DNA of 64,000 bases from Colwellia sp. (GCF_013214175.1 NZ_JABSPA010000001.1:158102-222101); one strand, 5' to 3'. Counted from the first letter of the stretch, positions 49,240 to 59,988 are shown. Translations and numbers: made by a program. The notes: generated from the sequence alone by a model not told the origin.

Positions 49240-52200
49240 TTAACTCTTGATGAGCTTTTCATTGATTACTTGTTTTAATTCTTGCTCAAGTGCTTGATAA
49301 GCTAATTGCATTGCTTGGAATAGTGTATCTATTTGAGCATACGCAGGGGGAGATGTTGTTAAATAGTGATTAAAGTTACGGGTGTGATGGAGTAGTGCGT
49401 GAGCACTTAAGTTTGCTGTCATTCCTAAAATTTTATGGCTGATTTCATGTTGCTGTTTGTTATCTTGTTGGCGAATACCTAGGGCTAACGCGCTAAGTTG
49501 TTTGGGCGCATCGTCTAAAAATAATGCGATAAGCTTGTGTTGAAACTGCTCATTGTTATTTAAACGCTTACTAAATTCATCCCTTTGCCATACTATCAGT
49601 TGCTCTTGCTCTTTAGGTAAAGGACCATCACTGTCAGCGGCTATTTTTTCTGGCACTTTAACTAGGGGCGGTAGCTCAAGTTCATTAAAGACTGCTGGGC
49701 TAATTGTTTCAGCTTCAATGACTAACTCAGCGTACTGTGTAAGCTTTTCTTTTAGTTTTACTGGATCAATGGGTTTGCTTAAGTAATCCGTCATCCCAGC
49801 GGCCAAGCACTTTTCTCTATCTCCTTTCATGGCATTGGCGGTCATAGCGATAATCGTTACCGCCTTATTTTCGTCACCTGCTTCTCCTTGTCGGATGGCT
49901 GCAGTCGCTTGATAACCATCCATTTCAGGCATTTGACAGTCCATTAAAATAATATCATATGGCGCCTTACCTTGAGTTGCTTGCCCCTTTATTGATGGAC
50001 CGTTTGCTAATTTACCTTTCGTTGATTTAAGAAAAGTTAAGGCCTCTAAACCATCAACGGCAATGTCTGGCACGATACCAAATTCAGCTAAAATATGACG
50101 AGCGACTTCTTGGTTTATACGGTTGTCTTCTACCAATAATAATCGACACTGACTTAAACTGATATGATCGTTACCTTGCTCGGAAGATTCAACACCTTTT
50201 AAGTAGTGGCGAGTGATAAGTGGCAATTTTTGTGATGAACTTGTACTTTGTGATAAACACAAGGTTAAAGTTTTAAATAAGTCTTTTGTTATGGCTGGTT
50301 TTGGGAAATAAGCTGAAAAGCCAAGATCTCTGAAGTAGTTTGCATCACCCCGAGCGGCCATAGAAGTCATCATTACCAGCTTTATCTCTTTTAAATTAGG
50401 GTTGTCTTTTACATTTTTAGCCAATGACGCACCATCCATATGGGGCATATACATATCAAAAAAGGCCATTTTTATATTTGCTTGCTCTTGATTTTTCGCA
50501 TTACTTTCAAGTAAAGCTAACGCGGCTAAGCCACTTTCGGTTTCATAAACAATTGCTCCCCAATGCTCTAATTGTGTTTTTAATACAAATCGATTAGTAG
50601 CATTATCATCAACGATTAATATGGGCACGTTATTGATATCAACATCAGGCAGCACAATTTTGGCTTGTTCACTTTTTGCTAAACTTACCGTAAATGAAAA
50701 GTTAGAGCCTTGTCCTAAAGTACTGGATACTTTTATATCACCTTGCATTAGTTGGCAGAGTTGTTTACAAATGGCGAGACCTAAGCCTGTACCTCCGTAC
50801 TTTCTGGTTGTTGATGCATCAACTTGAGTGAAGGATTGAAATAAATTGGCAATCTTATCGGCCGGTATTCCTATGCCGGTATCACGAATACTACAATGCA
50901 GGGTTAGCTGACTTTCTTCATTGTCATTAACAGCCTTCTCTTCGACTAATTTTGCCGAGATGACTATTTCACCTTGCTCGGTAAATTTAATAGCATTGCC
51001 GGTTAGATTATTAAGGATTTGTCTGAGACGTCCGGGATCGCCTTTGACATGACTCTGTTGGATGCCTCTATTATCTAAAATAATCTCAATGTTTTTTTCT
51101 TGGCTTTTTAAAGCGAGTGATTCACTAAACTCACCAAAGAGATTTCTTAGGTCGAAATCTATCACTTCTAAATCCAGTTTACCTGCCTCTACTTTAGAGA
51201 AATCCAGAATATCATTGATTAAACTCAGTAGCGCTTCGGCACTTGAATTAGCCAGCTCCACCCGATGCATTTGTTCTTCGCTTAAATCATTTCTCAGCAG
51301 TAAGCCAAGCATGCCAAGGATGCCATTCATTGGCGTACGAATTTCATGGCTCATACTGGCAAGAAATTCAGCTTTATGGCGAGCTGTATCTTCCGCTAAT
51401 TCTTTGGCGGCAATGTGCTCTTGTTCAACAGCCTTACGCTCAGTAATATCAAAGTTAACACCGGTCATTTGCACGGCGTCACCATTACTATCGAGTTTTA
51501 CTAAAGCCATTGCTTTAATGTGTTTTACTACTCCTGTGGGGGTAACGATTCTAAATTCATAATCAAAATTTTTCTTTTTTTCAATGGCATCTAAGACTGC
51601 TTGATTAGCAGAGTCGATATCTTCAGGGTGTACAGATTTTTGCCAATCAGATAAATTGCCAACAAAGTTTTGTGGCGTTGTTGCATATATTCTATGCATC
51701 CATTTATCCCAAGTCAGTTTGTCATTAGCTATATTATATTGCCAAATACCTATGCCTGCGGAGTCAGTTGCTAGGCTTACTCGCTCGTTCACTTCCATTA
51801 AGGCGCGTTGATGTTGCTCTTGCTCTAACTCGAGTAATTCTTCTTTTGAAATGTCTCGGATAATGCCAGTAAAAACTATGCCTTGTTCACTGGTGACCTT
51901 TGATATAGATAAGTGGATGGGGAATATTTCCCCTGATTTTTTCTGTGCGCGTAATTTTCTACCTATGCCCATTATATGAGCTATGCCAGTTACTTTATAT
52001 TGATTCAGGTAGTCATCATGTTTTGAGCTTTGTTGAATGGGCATTAAAGTACGAACATTTTGATTAAGCGCCTCTGCCTCGCTATAACCAAACATTTCTT
52101 GAGCCGCTTTGTTAAAAGCAATGATGTCGCCTTGTTCATTGATAGTAATAAAACCCTCCGCGGCACTGGAAAATATGGCATTTATTTGCTCTGAGCTTTG

Positions 52201-54582
52201 TTTTGCCAGTAATGCCGAGTGTTCTTGCTCACGCAGAGCAAATTGCATCTGGGTAAATAGATTATTAAAGCTACGTGCGAGCACACCAATTTCGGTGCTA
52301 CTTTGGGTGGGTAGTGTGCTTAAAGTATTAGATTGCTCATAATTTTCTAAGCTATCTGTTATTTGCTGTAATGGCGTGGCAATACGCCTAGCGGCAACGG
52401 TTGCTATGGCTAATGCAACTAAAGCTAAGGCACTACCCAGTAATAAGCTACGAATTCTAAAGGCCGCTAGCGTTTGTTCCATTTCAGTACTGTCTTTTAG
52501 TACCAATAAGTTAAGTTGATGAATGTTATCAAAGCGATTTAAATTGACTTGCTGATAATGGCCTAGAAACTTATGGTCATCAATAGTGACACTCTCCATC
52601 CTATATTCGGTTAATTTCTCATTAATCACAGGTGCTAACTCAGGAAATTCATCTTGTATTAAATAACGCTGTGCTAGGTTGAAACCAAAGGTTTTACTAT
52701 TGTCAGGGTGTGAAACAAAGTCGCCCTCTTCATTGGTTAAGTAAAAAGATAATTGGCTTAACTCTCTGGTTTTAAGTTGGCTAATAAAGTCGCCAAAATT
52801 TATATTAACGATGATAAGGCCAAATATATCACCTGTGCTTGGATGGTAAATAGGTGTTGCTACTCGTAAGACCGGTTTATGAGGTTTTTCAATTTTACCG
52901 TAGTTCTTAGCAAGCTCTATTTTGGAGAAATATACTTGGCCAGGGTCTTTATTTATAGTGGCTTTAAAATATGGACTAGTGGATTTCTGCTGTAAACGAG
53001 ACTTTGGTATAACGATACTTTGGCTATCATTGCGGACATTAATTAATTCTTGGCCGTTATTAGCGATACCTATGTAACGGATTTGATAATAGAATTCTTT
53101 ATTAATGAGGAATTCACTGAAGGTTTGCTCAATTCGTCTTTTCCACAATCGGTAGTTATGATCATCACTACTTTCAAAAGACTCAAGCATCCCTTGCACT
53201 CCAGGAGAACGACTCAAAAATAAGATGTCAGAATTGGCTTGGCTGTAAAGTTGTTCAATCATAGGTTCAACAAGGTTACTTTCAATAGCCACTTCATTGC
53301 TGGTTTGTTGAGTTAACAAGCGCTCAGTTTCGAAATAGAATAAAAAGCTTACCAAAGTGCTAACACTTAATACCAAAATAAAAGCGGCAATAGGTATTTG
53401 CATGCTAATAGAGTATCGAGCATGACCAACCTCTAACAACTTGTTTTTCAATAGTGCATCGTTAGTTAAATTTTTCAGCGAAGTCATATTTTCTTGTGAA
53501 CTAGTTCGCGCTTCTTGGCTCAGTTTATTTATAGAGGTTACTTTTAAATCAAGAAGTAAGCCAATAAAAGCACAACCGTAAGCCAGTATTTTCAAGCTAT
53601 GGGCAATATTAAAGTGATTATCAAACAATGCCGTTGAACCAAAGGCCATATGAATTTGTGTGGTGACCTCGGGGATAACACTAAGTAATAAGCCATATTT
53701 GGCTAAGGTGGGAAATTGCTTATATAAGTTGATAAATAAGCTGCCGGCAAAGATAAATAAACCTAAGGGTAAGACATCATAAGGACGAGTGATCAGAGCA
53801 TTTTTAAACATTGTTTGCGGTAAGCTGGTGCTATTCGCGGCAATATGAACTAAGACATAAGCTAGGGTGATAAAGCAAAGGCCGATAATGAGTATTGCTC
53901 GATAATCCTTTTTACTCTTTGCTTGTGCATATTCAATACTATTTTTGTCAGCTTTGTCAGCTTTGTCAGCTTTGTCAGCTTTGTCAGCTTTGTCAGCTTT
54001 GTCAGCTTTGTCAGCTTGCCGCTGCCTTGCGTAAAGCATAAAAGATATCAGGGTACCGGTTATCATAATACAAGCATTAAATATCCGTGATAAAGCCCAA
54101 GTAAAAGGAATGAAATCGGTATTTGCTGCTTGTGCTGAAATAATACGAGTGGCGGCTAACGTGTGAAAGGCATCGACTGAGCCAGCACAAAAAATTGCCA
54201 TGCCCATTATAGGGATAGCAACATCACGATGGATACGGTAATGCACCAATGCCAGAATAAAAGTAAGTAAAGCTAAAACTACCGCAGACCATTCTAGTAA
54301 TGTGTGATGAAGCGCTCCGGCAAGGGCATTAAACAAGTTGTTTGCTTCAATCGCTTGATTAGGTTTTAAGGCGGTGATGTTGGAAGAGAAGTCGAGGCCC
54401 AATAAATTGAGTAGGCTAGGTAGTAAACACAATACCAGCACTATAACTAAGAAGCTTTTTTTCTTGCTATCAAAAAATGTGGTGTTAGTGATTGGATTAG
54501 TTACTTTTTGACCTGATCTTTCTTTTGAATTACGTGCAAAATAAGCCGACATAGGGGTTCTTCCATGAGCCATATACTGCAT
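49240..54582 (-). CDS. Hybrid sensor histidine kinase (MASE3-like TM domain, dCache-like, HAMP, 2xPAS, HisKA/HATPase, 2xREC, HPt)
   Basis: VDAFHTL and WALSR membrane motifs; EFLASMSHEIRTPMNG; GGTGLGL; two REC domains (FFDMYMP, LMDCQMP); C-terminal HPt with SHKILG. Confidence 0.92.
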   Translation of the reverse strand: MQYMAHGRTPMSAYFARNSKERSGQKVTNPITNTTFFDSKKKSFLVIVLVLCLLPSLLNLLGLDFSSNITALKPNQAIEANNLFNALAGALHHTLLEWSAVVLALLTFILALVHYRIHRDVAIPIMGMAIFCAGSVDAFHTLAATRIISAQAANTDFIPFTWALSRIFNACIMITGTLISFMLYARQRQADKADKADKADKADKADKADKADKNSIEYAQAKSKKDYRAILIIGLCFITLAYVLVHIAANSTSLPQTMFKNALITRPYDVLPLGLFIFAGSLFINLYKQFPTLAKYGLLLSVIPEVTTQIHMAFGSTALFDNHFNIAHSLKILAYGCAFIGLLLDLKVTSINKLSQEARTSSQENMTSLKNLTNDALLKNKLLEVGHARYSISMQIPIAAFILVLSVSTLVSFLFYFETERLLTQQTSNEVAIESNLVEPMIEQLYSQANSDILFLSRSPGVQGMLESFESSDDHNYRLWKRRIEQTFSEFLINKEFYYQIRYIGIANNGQELINVRNDSQSIVIPKSRLQQKSTSPYFKATINKDPGQVYFSKIELAKNYGKIEKPHKPVLRVATPIYHPSTGDIFGLIIVNINFGDFISQLKTRELSQLSFYLTNEEGDFVSHPDNSKTFGFNLAQRYLIQDEFPELAPVINEKLTEYRMESVTIDDHKFLGHYQQVNLNRFDNIHQLNLLVLKDSTEMEQTLAAFRIRSLLLGSALALVALAIATVAARRIATPLQQITDSLENYEQSNTLSTLPTQSSTEIGVLARSFNNLFTQMQFALREQEHSALLAKQSSEQINAIFSSAAEGFITINEQGDIIAFNKAAQEMFGYSEAEALNQNVRTLMPIQQSSKHDDYLNQYKVTGIAHIMGIGRKLRAQKKSGEIFPIHLSISKVTSEQGIVFTGIIRDISKEELLELEQEQHQRALMEVNERVSLATDSAGIGIWQYNIANDKLTWDKWMHRIYATTPQNFVGNLSDWQKSVHPEDIDSANQAVLDAIEKKKNFDYEFRIVTPTGVVKHIKAMALVKLDSNGDAVQMTGVNFDITERKAVEQEHIAAKELAEDTARHKAEFLASMSHEIRTPMNGILGMLGLLLRNDLSEEQMHRVELANSSAEALLSLINDILDFSKVEAGKLDLEVIDFDLRNLFGEFSESLALKSQEKNIEIILDNRGIQQSHVKGDPGRLRQILNNLTGNAIKFTEQGEIVISAKLVEEKAVNDNEESQLTLHCSIRDTGIGIPADKIANLFQSFTQVDASTTRKYGGTGLGLAICKQLCQLMQGDIKVSSTLGQGSNFSFTVSLAKSEQAKIVLPDVDINNVPILIVDDNATNRFVLKTQLEHWGAIVYETESGLAALALLESNAKNQEQANIKMAFFDMYMPHMDGASLAKNVKDNPNLKEIKLVMMTSMAARGDANYFRDLGFSAYFPKPAITKDLFKTLTLCLSQSTSSSQKLPLITRHYLKGVESSEQGNDHISLSQCRLLLVEDNRINQEVARHILAEFGIVPDIAVDGLEALTFLKSTKGKLANGPSIKGQATQGKAPYDIILMDCQMPEMDGYQATAAIRQGEAGDENKAVTIIAMTANAMKGDREKCLAAGMTDYLSKPIDPVKLKEKLTQYAELVIEAETISPAVFNELELPPLVKVPEKIAADSDGPLPKEQEQLIVWQRDEFSKRLNNNEQFQHKLIALFLDDAPKQLSALALGIRQQDNKQQHEISHKILGMTANLSAHALLHHTRNFNHYLTTSPPAYAQIDTLFQAMQLAYQALEQELKQVINEKLIKS
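53944..54015. repeat. In-frame 9-bp tandem repeat x8 encoding (ADK)8
   Basis: (TTTGTCAGC)8, perfect, inside the histidine kinase gene. Confidence 0.97.
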
Positions 54583-54739
54583 GATGAGCTTATTAGTTTG
54601 TTAATTTCTTAATCATGAGAAAATGAGAGAAATTAACAAAACTAAATAAGAGGAATACTTATAAGTTAGCACAGGGTTGAATATTCGCCATCAATTAGCG
54701 GCTATTTCTAGTGGCAAGTTTTTTCGGCGATATTTATTA

Positions 54740-55288
54740 TTAAAGAGCGGCTTTATTGGCGGCTTGTTTAGCTTGTTTTTTTTCTTTTCTACGTCGTTTA
54801 AAAAAAGCAGATAGCAGTTGGCTACAGTCTTCTTGCATTATATCTGAGCTTATTTCCAACTGGTGATTTAGCTGTGGATTATTGACTAGGTTAAAAGCAC
54901 TACCTGCGGCGCCAGTCTTAAGGTCACTGCAGGCATAGACTAAGCGCTTTATTCTACTATGAACTAATAAGCCAGCACACATAGGGCAGGGCTCAAGCGT
55001 TACGTATAAAGTACAGTCTAGTAGTCGGTAATTATTAAGATATTCTCCCGCTTGCCTAATAGCATTCATTTCCGCATGGCTTGACGGATCGTTAAGCATA
55101 ATAGACTGATTAAAGCCTTCAGCAATAATCTTGCCTTGATGCACTACCACAGCACCTACCGGAATTTCATCATGTAGCTCAGCTTGCTGAGCTAGCTCGA
55201 AGGCCCTTTGCATAAACGTTAAATCAAGCTGGCGTTGTTGCTCAGGGCTTTGTGTTGACAGCGAGTTTGATGGCGGTGTTAGTGTCAT
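54740..55288 (-). CDS. tadA: tRNA-specific adenosine deaminase
   Basis: EIPVGAV, HAE, TLEPCPMC, FFKRRR. Confidence 0.96.
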   Translation of the reverse strand: MTLTPPSNSLSTQSPEQQRQLDLTFMQRAFELAQQAELHDEIPVGAVVVHQGKIIAEGFNQSIMLNDPSSHAEMNAIRQAGEYLNNYRLLDCTLYVTLEPCPMCAGLLVHSRIKRLVYACSDLKTGAAGSAFNLVNNPQLNHQLEISSDIMQEDCSQLLSAFFKRRRKEKKQAKQAANKAAL

Positions 55289-56442
55289 AAGAAAATTTCC
55301 AACAGGTCATTTAGATATCTTTGTCCTGTTGTCGTGACCAGCCAATATTCTTCATTGTCTCGCGTTTCAAAAGCCATGAGTTTCTTTTGCTGAGCTTCTT
55401 TAAGTAGCGGCAGTACGGAGCTGATTGTGAGCCCTGTGCTTTTTTGAAATTGCTCGACACTAAAAGCACGATGTAGCCTTAACTGGTTCATCATAAACTC
55501 AAATGGGCGGTCACTGTTATCGACTTCTGATAATTGATCTAAGTAATCGCGACTTTCATCCAAATAGCCTTTAGGGTGCTTAACCTTAACCGTACGCATT
55601 ATTTTTTGTGTACGGCTATCGGAAATTTTTCCGTGGGCGCCACAGCCAATACCAAGGTAGTCGCCATATTGCCAGTAATTTATATTATGCTGGCATTGGT
55701 AACCTGGCTTAGCATAGGCTGAAATCTCATATTGGATATAACCCGCTTCTTTAAGTAGTTCTACACCCCTATCTTGGATGTCCCACAAAACATCATCCAC
55801 GGGTAATTTCGGTGGCTTAGAGTGGAAAATAGTATTAGGTTCAATCGTTAACTGATACCAAGAAATATGATGAGGGTTAAGACTAATGGCGATTTTTAAA
55901 TCGTCTAAGGCATTCTCCAAAGACTGGTTAGGTAAACCATGCATTAAGTCTAAATTAAAACTGGTCACTCCGCTATCTGTGGCTAGTTTTGCCGCAGTTT
56001 GGGCTTGATTACTATCATGGATACGTCCTAGTTTTATCAACTTATCAGATGCAAAACTTTGTACACCAATAGACAGTCGCGTTACACCCGCATTGTAAAA
56101 GCCAATAAACTTGTCGGCTTCAACGGTGCCGGGGTTGGCTTCTAAGGTGATTTCAATATCTGCTTTATGGTCAAAGCGACTCAGCACCTGTGTTAGTAAG
56201 CTTTTAATTGATGCCGCTGAAAATAAACTCGGTGTTCCGCCACCAATAAATATTGAGTGTAACGGGCGATCGTTTAAGGCAAAACGGTTAATATCGGCAT
56301 CTAAATCGGCAATTAAAGCGCTGACATAATCCTGTTCTGGAATAGCGCTTTTAACGGCATGGGAATTAAAATCACAATAAGGGCATTTTTCCACACACCA
56401 TGGAATATGGATGTATAGTGAAAGTGGCTGGTTTTCTAACAT
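55285..56442 (-). CDS. hemW: Radical SAM heme chaperone HemW (YggW)
   Basis: SLYIHIPWCVEKCPYCDF, GGGTPS, YEISAY, HNINYW. Confidence 0.94.
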   Translation of the reverse strand: MLENQPLSLYIHIPWCVEKCPYCDFNSHAVKSAIPEQDYVSALIADLDADINRFALNDRPLHSIFIGGGTPSLFSAASIKSLLTQVLSRFDHKADIEITLEANPGTVEADKFIGFYNAGVTRLSIGVQSFASDKLIKLGRIHDSNQAQTAAKLATDSGVTSFNLDLMHGLPNQSLENALDDLKIAISLNPHHISWYQLTIEPNTIFHSKPPKLPVDDVLWDIQDRGVELLKEAGYIQYEISAYAKPGYQCQHNINYWQYGDYLGIGCGAHGKISDSRTQKIMRTVKVKHPKGYLDESRDYLDQLSEVDNSDRPFEFMMNQLRLHRAFSVEQFQKSTGLTISSVLPLLKEAQQKKLMAFETRDNEEYWLVTTTGQRYLNDLLEIFL

Positions 56443-56479
56443 ATTTAACTACCTAACATAAACACAGGTTTTAAAAAAT

Positions 56480-57091
56480 TTACTTTGCAGCAAGATTAAG
56501 TTTTTCAACCAATTTTGCTAATGCTTGACCACGATGACTGCGTTGGTTCTTTACATCTCGTGTTAATTGCGCGGAGGACATTTGTAAATCGTTTTGCCAA
56601 AACACCGGATCATAACCAAAGCCTTGCTCACCTTGTTTACTTCTTGAAATAGTACCTTGCCAAACACCATGGCAAATAAGTGGTGTTGGATCATTTTCAT
56701 GTTTCATATAAACCAAAACACAATGAAAGCGTGCCGTTCGTTGCTCATCCGGGGTATTGGCTAAAGCGGCGAGTAACTTGTTGGTATTATCATCATCGGT
56801 TAGTTGACCTTGGGTGATGTCGGCAGCGTAACGCGCAGAATAAACACCCGGTGCACCATTTAAGGCATCAACTTCTAAACCAGAATCATCGGCAATAGCA
56901 GGTAAACCCGTAATTTTTGCCGCATGACGGGCTTTAATAATGGCATTCTCGACAAAGGTAGTGCCTGTTTCTGCAACTTCTGGTACATCAAATTCACTTT
57001 GCGGAACTACTTCAAGACCTTGCTCAGCCAATAAGTGTGCTAACTCTTTAACTTTTCCTTGATTTCCTGTGGCTAATACTACTTTTGACAT
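56480..57091 (-). CDS. rdgB: XTP/dITP diphosphatase
   Basis: [32 protein letters not shown]. Confidence 0.96.
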   Translation of the reverse strand: MSKVVLATGNQGKVKELAHLLAEQGLEVVPQSEFDVPEVAETGTTFVENAIIKARHAAKITGLPAIADDSGLEVDALNGAPGVYSARYAADITQGQLTDDDNTNKLLAALANTPDEQRTARFHCVLVYMKHENDPTPLICHGVWQGTISRSKQGEQGFGYDPVFWQNDLQMSSAQLTRDVKNQRSHRGQALAKLVEKLNLAAK

Positions 57092-57183
57092 GATGTTTAC
57101 CTGTGGCTATTGCGAGTTTTATGGATGATGTTTTTAAGGCGCTATTCTACCTTATACTGGCCTGTATCGCTAAAATTAAGGCT

Positions 57184-57213
57184 AAAAAAAAGAGCTGTAA
57201 AAAGCTCTTTTTT
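57184..57213. terminator. Intrinsic terminator-like hairpin
   Basis: AAAAAAAAGAGC-tgtaaaaa-GCTCTTTTTT. Confidence 0.65.
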
Positions 57214-57237
57214 AATAACTAGTTAGGTTATTTTATC

Positions 57238-57678
57238 TTAATCAACATAGAATTTTTGTGAAAATTTTAATTGCTGTTTTTCTTTACCATCATTAATCAT
57301 AATATCAAAATGAAGGGTTTCTTCATTGTGATAGCTTACTTGGGCGAGATAATAAATAGCCTTACCTTCTTTGACTTCTTTAAAGTCTAAGTCTTTAAAT
57401 TGCCCTAGGTTGTTTTTAGCTTTACCGGTAATACTCACTGATTTAGCGGGTGTGCCTTTCTGGCTATTGTCTAATACCGAAATATTGATTAAACCATTGT
57501 ATCGGCTGCGGGTAATACCATAGACCTTAGCTATCTCAGGGGTGAAAAAGGTTGAACCAATAGCCATGTAATGTACATTCATAGAGCCTAATTTTTTCAT
57601 GTTTTCAGCGCTAACACTGGTCATCACAAACAAGCTAAGGCTAAGTGCTATAAGTAGTTTGATGATTGAAGTTTTCAT
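57238..57678 (-). CDS. DUF4426-like exported protein
   Basis: Signal peptide; VHY.A..STF.TPEIAK.YGI.RS...LINISVL, AIYYLA; usual position next to yggT. Confidence 0.85.
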   Translation of the reverse strand: MKTSIIKLLIALSLSLFVMTSVSAENMKKLGSMNVHYMAIGSTFFTPEIAKVYGITRSRYNGLINISVLDNSQKGTPAKSVSITGKAKNNLGQFKDLDFKEVKEGKAIYYLAQVSYHNEETLHFDIMINDGKEKQQLKFSQKFYVD

Positions 57679-57788
57679 GTGGATCTCCCAAAAAAAGTAC
57701 TGCGGACTTAGAACTGTGCTATTACTCTCTTTTATTATAGAACAGTTCTAAAGTAAGTTAAGTTCAAAAATATAGGCAAACTGCTATT

Positions 57789-58334
57789 TTATAACGCGCC
57801 CCAATAAGGCAGTGAACTTGCCAACAATATATTGATGACATTCATCGCCAAAAACGCAACTAACATGGATAAATCTAAACCACCCATATTGGGGATTATT
57901 TTGCGAATAGGTCGTAAAAAAGGGTCGGTTAATTGGCTAATTACCATTAATGTAGCATTGTAGCCTTTTACTACCCAACTCATGATAGCCATGATGATCA
58001 TCAATACAAACAGTAAGAAGCCCGCTTGTTTTAATAACACTAATAAACCGATGTAAAACGCTAAAACACCTAAGCTTTCACCGGATAAAGCCGCCAGAGT
58101 AACAAATTTTAATGTTGCGACAATATAAGCAACAACTATGGTTGCCAGGTCTATCCCGCCGAATCCAGGAATAATTCGGCGCAGTGGTACCACTAATGGG
58201 TTACTTACTTTGACAATGAATTGGCTTAATGGGTTATAAAAGTCAGCTTTTACCCATTGTAGCCATATGCGCATGATTAAAATCATTAACAAGGCGTCGA
58301 AGGCGAATCTAAGCAAATAAATAATTGCTTCCAT
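57789..58334 (-). CDS. yggT: YggT family membrane protein
   Basis: ADFYNPLSQF..K...P.V.PLRR, GGLDLS duplicated motif. Confidence 0.93.
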   Translation of the reverse strand: MEAIIYLLRFAFDALLMILIMRIWLQWVKADFYNPLSQFIVKVSNPLVVPLRRIIPGFGGIDLATIVVAYIVATLKFVTLAALSGESLGVLAFYIGLLVLLKQAGFLLFVLMIIMAIMSWVVKGYNATLMVISQLTDPFLRPIRKIIPNMGGLDLSMLVAFLAMNVINILLASSLPYWGAL

Positions 58335-58431
58335 TGGTTTTCCTCTAGTTAATTTTAAATTTGGTAATTAAATTTGGTAATTAAATTTTTAATAATAAGT
58401 TTCTAATTAAAAATCCTGTAAATGAAATGAA

Positions 58432-59253
58432 CTATTTAGCCATTTCTTCAGCACGAGTAATTGCTGCACCCATGGCGTTTTTCACCATTTCTTCGATACC
58501 ATCATGCTTAAATTGCTCTATTGCTGCATGGGTAGCACCACCTTTTGAAGTGACATTAGCACGCAATGTAGAGATAGCATCGTCATTATGGGCAACCATT
58601 TGTGCAGCGCCAAGGGCCGTTTGCTGTACTAACATACGACTTTCTTGGGCAGAAAAACCTAAATGTTGCGCTTGTTTCTCCATAGCTTCCATAAACAAGA
58701 AAAAATAAGCCGGAGCAGAGCCTGCAACGGCGATAATATCATTAATCTTATCTTCTGTGGCAAGCCAAATTATTTTGCCAACAGCAGTCATAAGCTTCTC
58801 GGCAATTGATTTTTGCTCTGTGCTAACTTCAGTTGAGGCATATAAACCGCTCATTCCTAAACCCAACTGTGCTGGCGTGTTAGGCATAACGCGAATCACT
58901 GGCGGCAAGTTTACCTGGCTGTTTTTTGATAGCGCTAATTGAATCTGTGCCACCGTAGTCCCAGCGGCAACAGAGATAAACAGTTTTCCGGAAATACTGA
59001 TAGCCTGACTTATTTGTCGGCAAACGTCAGTGATAAAGTGTGGTTTCACACAAAGCACAACTACATCGGCAAATTCACTGGCTTTATTATTGTCATCAGT
59101 TTGTAAAACGCCGAATTCTTGCGCAAGATTTAGTCTCTTTGCTGCAGATGGGTTAGAGACCATGATGTTTTGTGCTGCCACACCTGAGTTGACTAGGCCA
59201 ATAATAATCGCACGCGCCATGTTACCGGCACCAATAAAGGCAATTTTGTTCAT
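58432..59253 (-). CDS. proC: Pyrroline-5-carboxylate reductase
   Basis: FIGAGNMA, CVKP, RVMPNTP, GSAPAY, VTSKGGAT. Confidence 0.96.
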   Translation of the reverse strand: MNKIAFIGAGNMARAIIIGLVNSGVAAQNIMVSNPSAAKRLNLAQEFGVLQTDDNNKASEFADVVVLCVKPHFITDVCRQISQAISISGKLFISVAAGTTVAQIQLALSKNSQVNLPPVIRVMPNTPAQLGLGMSGLYASTEVSTEQKSIAEKLMTAVGKIIWLATEDKINDIIAVAGSAPAYFFLFMEAMEKQAQHLGFSAQESRMLVQQTALGAAQMVAHNDDAISTLRANVTSKGGATHAAIEQFKHDGIEEMVKNAMGAAITRAEEMAK

Positions 59254-59268
59254 AACGATGTCCTAAGG

Positions 59269-59988
59269 TTAATTTTTAACTGTTCGTTCGCCAAATATGG
59301 CGGTACCAATTCTCACCATGGTTGAACCGTGAGCCACCGCTTGTTCCAAATCATTAGACATACCTAAAGAAAGGGTATCGACACTGGGGTACTGTTTTTT
59401 CAATTGTGCAAATAATTGCTGCATTTTTTCATAGCAGGCGCTGCTGGCGTTTTTTTCAGGTACGGCCATTAAGCCACGTAAGGTGAGTTTATCACAGTTG
59501 TTGACAATTTCAGCGAGCGGAAAAATGTCATCAATAGCAACACCTGATTTTGACTCTTCATTGCTAATATTCACTTGTAAACATATGTTTAGCGGAGTAT
59601 TGTGACAATTATTATCTTGGATATGTTGATTTAAGCGCAGGGCAATTTTTTCTCTATCGACACTATGAACCCAAGAGAAATTACTGGCGATTTGTTTGGT
59701 TTTATTCGACTGAATTGGGCCAATAAAGTGCCAATTTGCCTCATTTAAGTGTGCCAGCTGGGCTATTTTTTCTATGGCTTCTTGCAGGTAATTTTCACCA
59801 AAATCATGTTGCCCGGCTAAATAGGCCTGCTCGATGAGGGCCGCTGGCTTAGTTTTACTGACTGCTAGTAGTGATACTGGCAATGATTGCTTTGACTGCT
59901 CACTAAGATGAGTTAATCGACCACTTTTCTGGCAAGCTTGCTGAATTTGCGCTTTAATTTTATCAAGATTATTTTTAATGTTTATCAT
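59269..59988 (-). CDS. yggS: YggS/PLPBP pyridoxal-phosphate homeostasis protein
   Basis: LLAVSKT, FGENYLQE, WHFIGPIQSNK, LSLGMS.D, VRIGTAIFG. Confidence 0.96.
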   Translation of the reverse strand: MINIKNNLDKIKAQIQQACQKSGRLTHLSEQSKQSLPVSLLAVSKTKPAALIEQAYLAGQHDFGENYLQEAIEKIAQLAHLNEANWHFIGPIQSNKTKQIASNFSWVHSVDREKIALRLNQHIQDNNCHNTPLNICLQVNISNEESKSGVAIDDIFPLAEIVNNCDKLTLRGLMAVPEKNASSACYEKMQQLFAQLKKQYPSVDTLSLGMSNDLEQAVAHGSTMVRIGTAIFGERTVKN

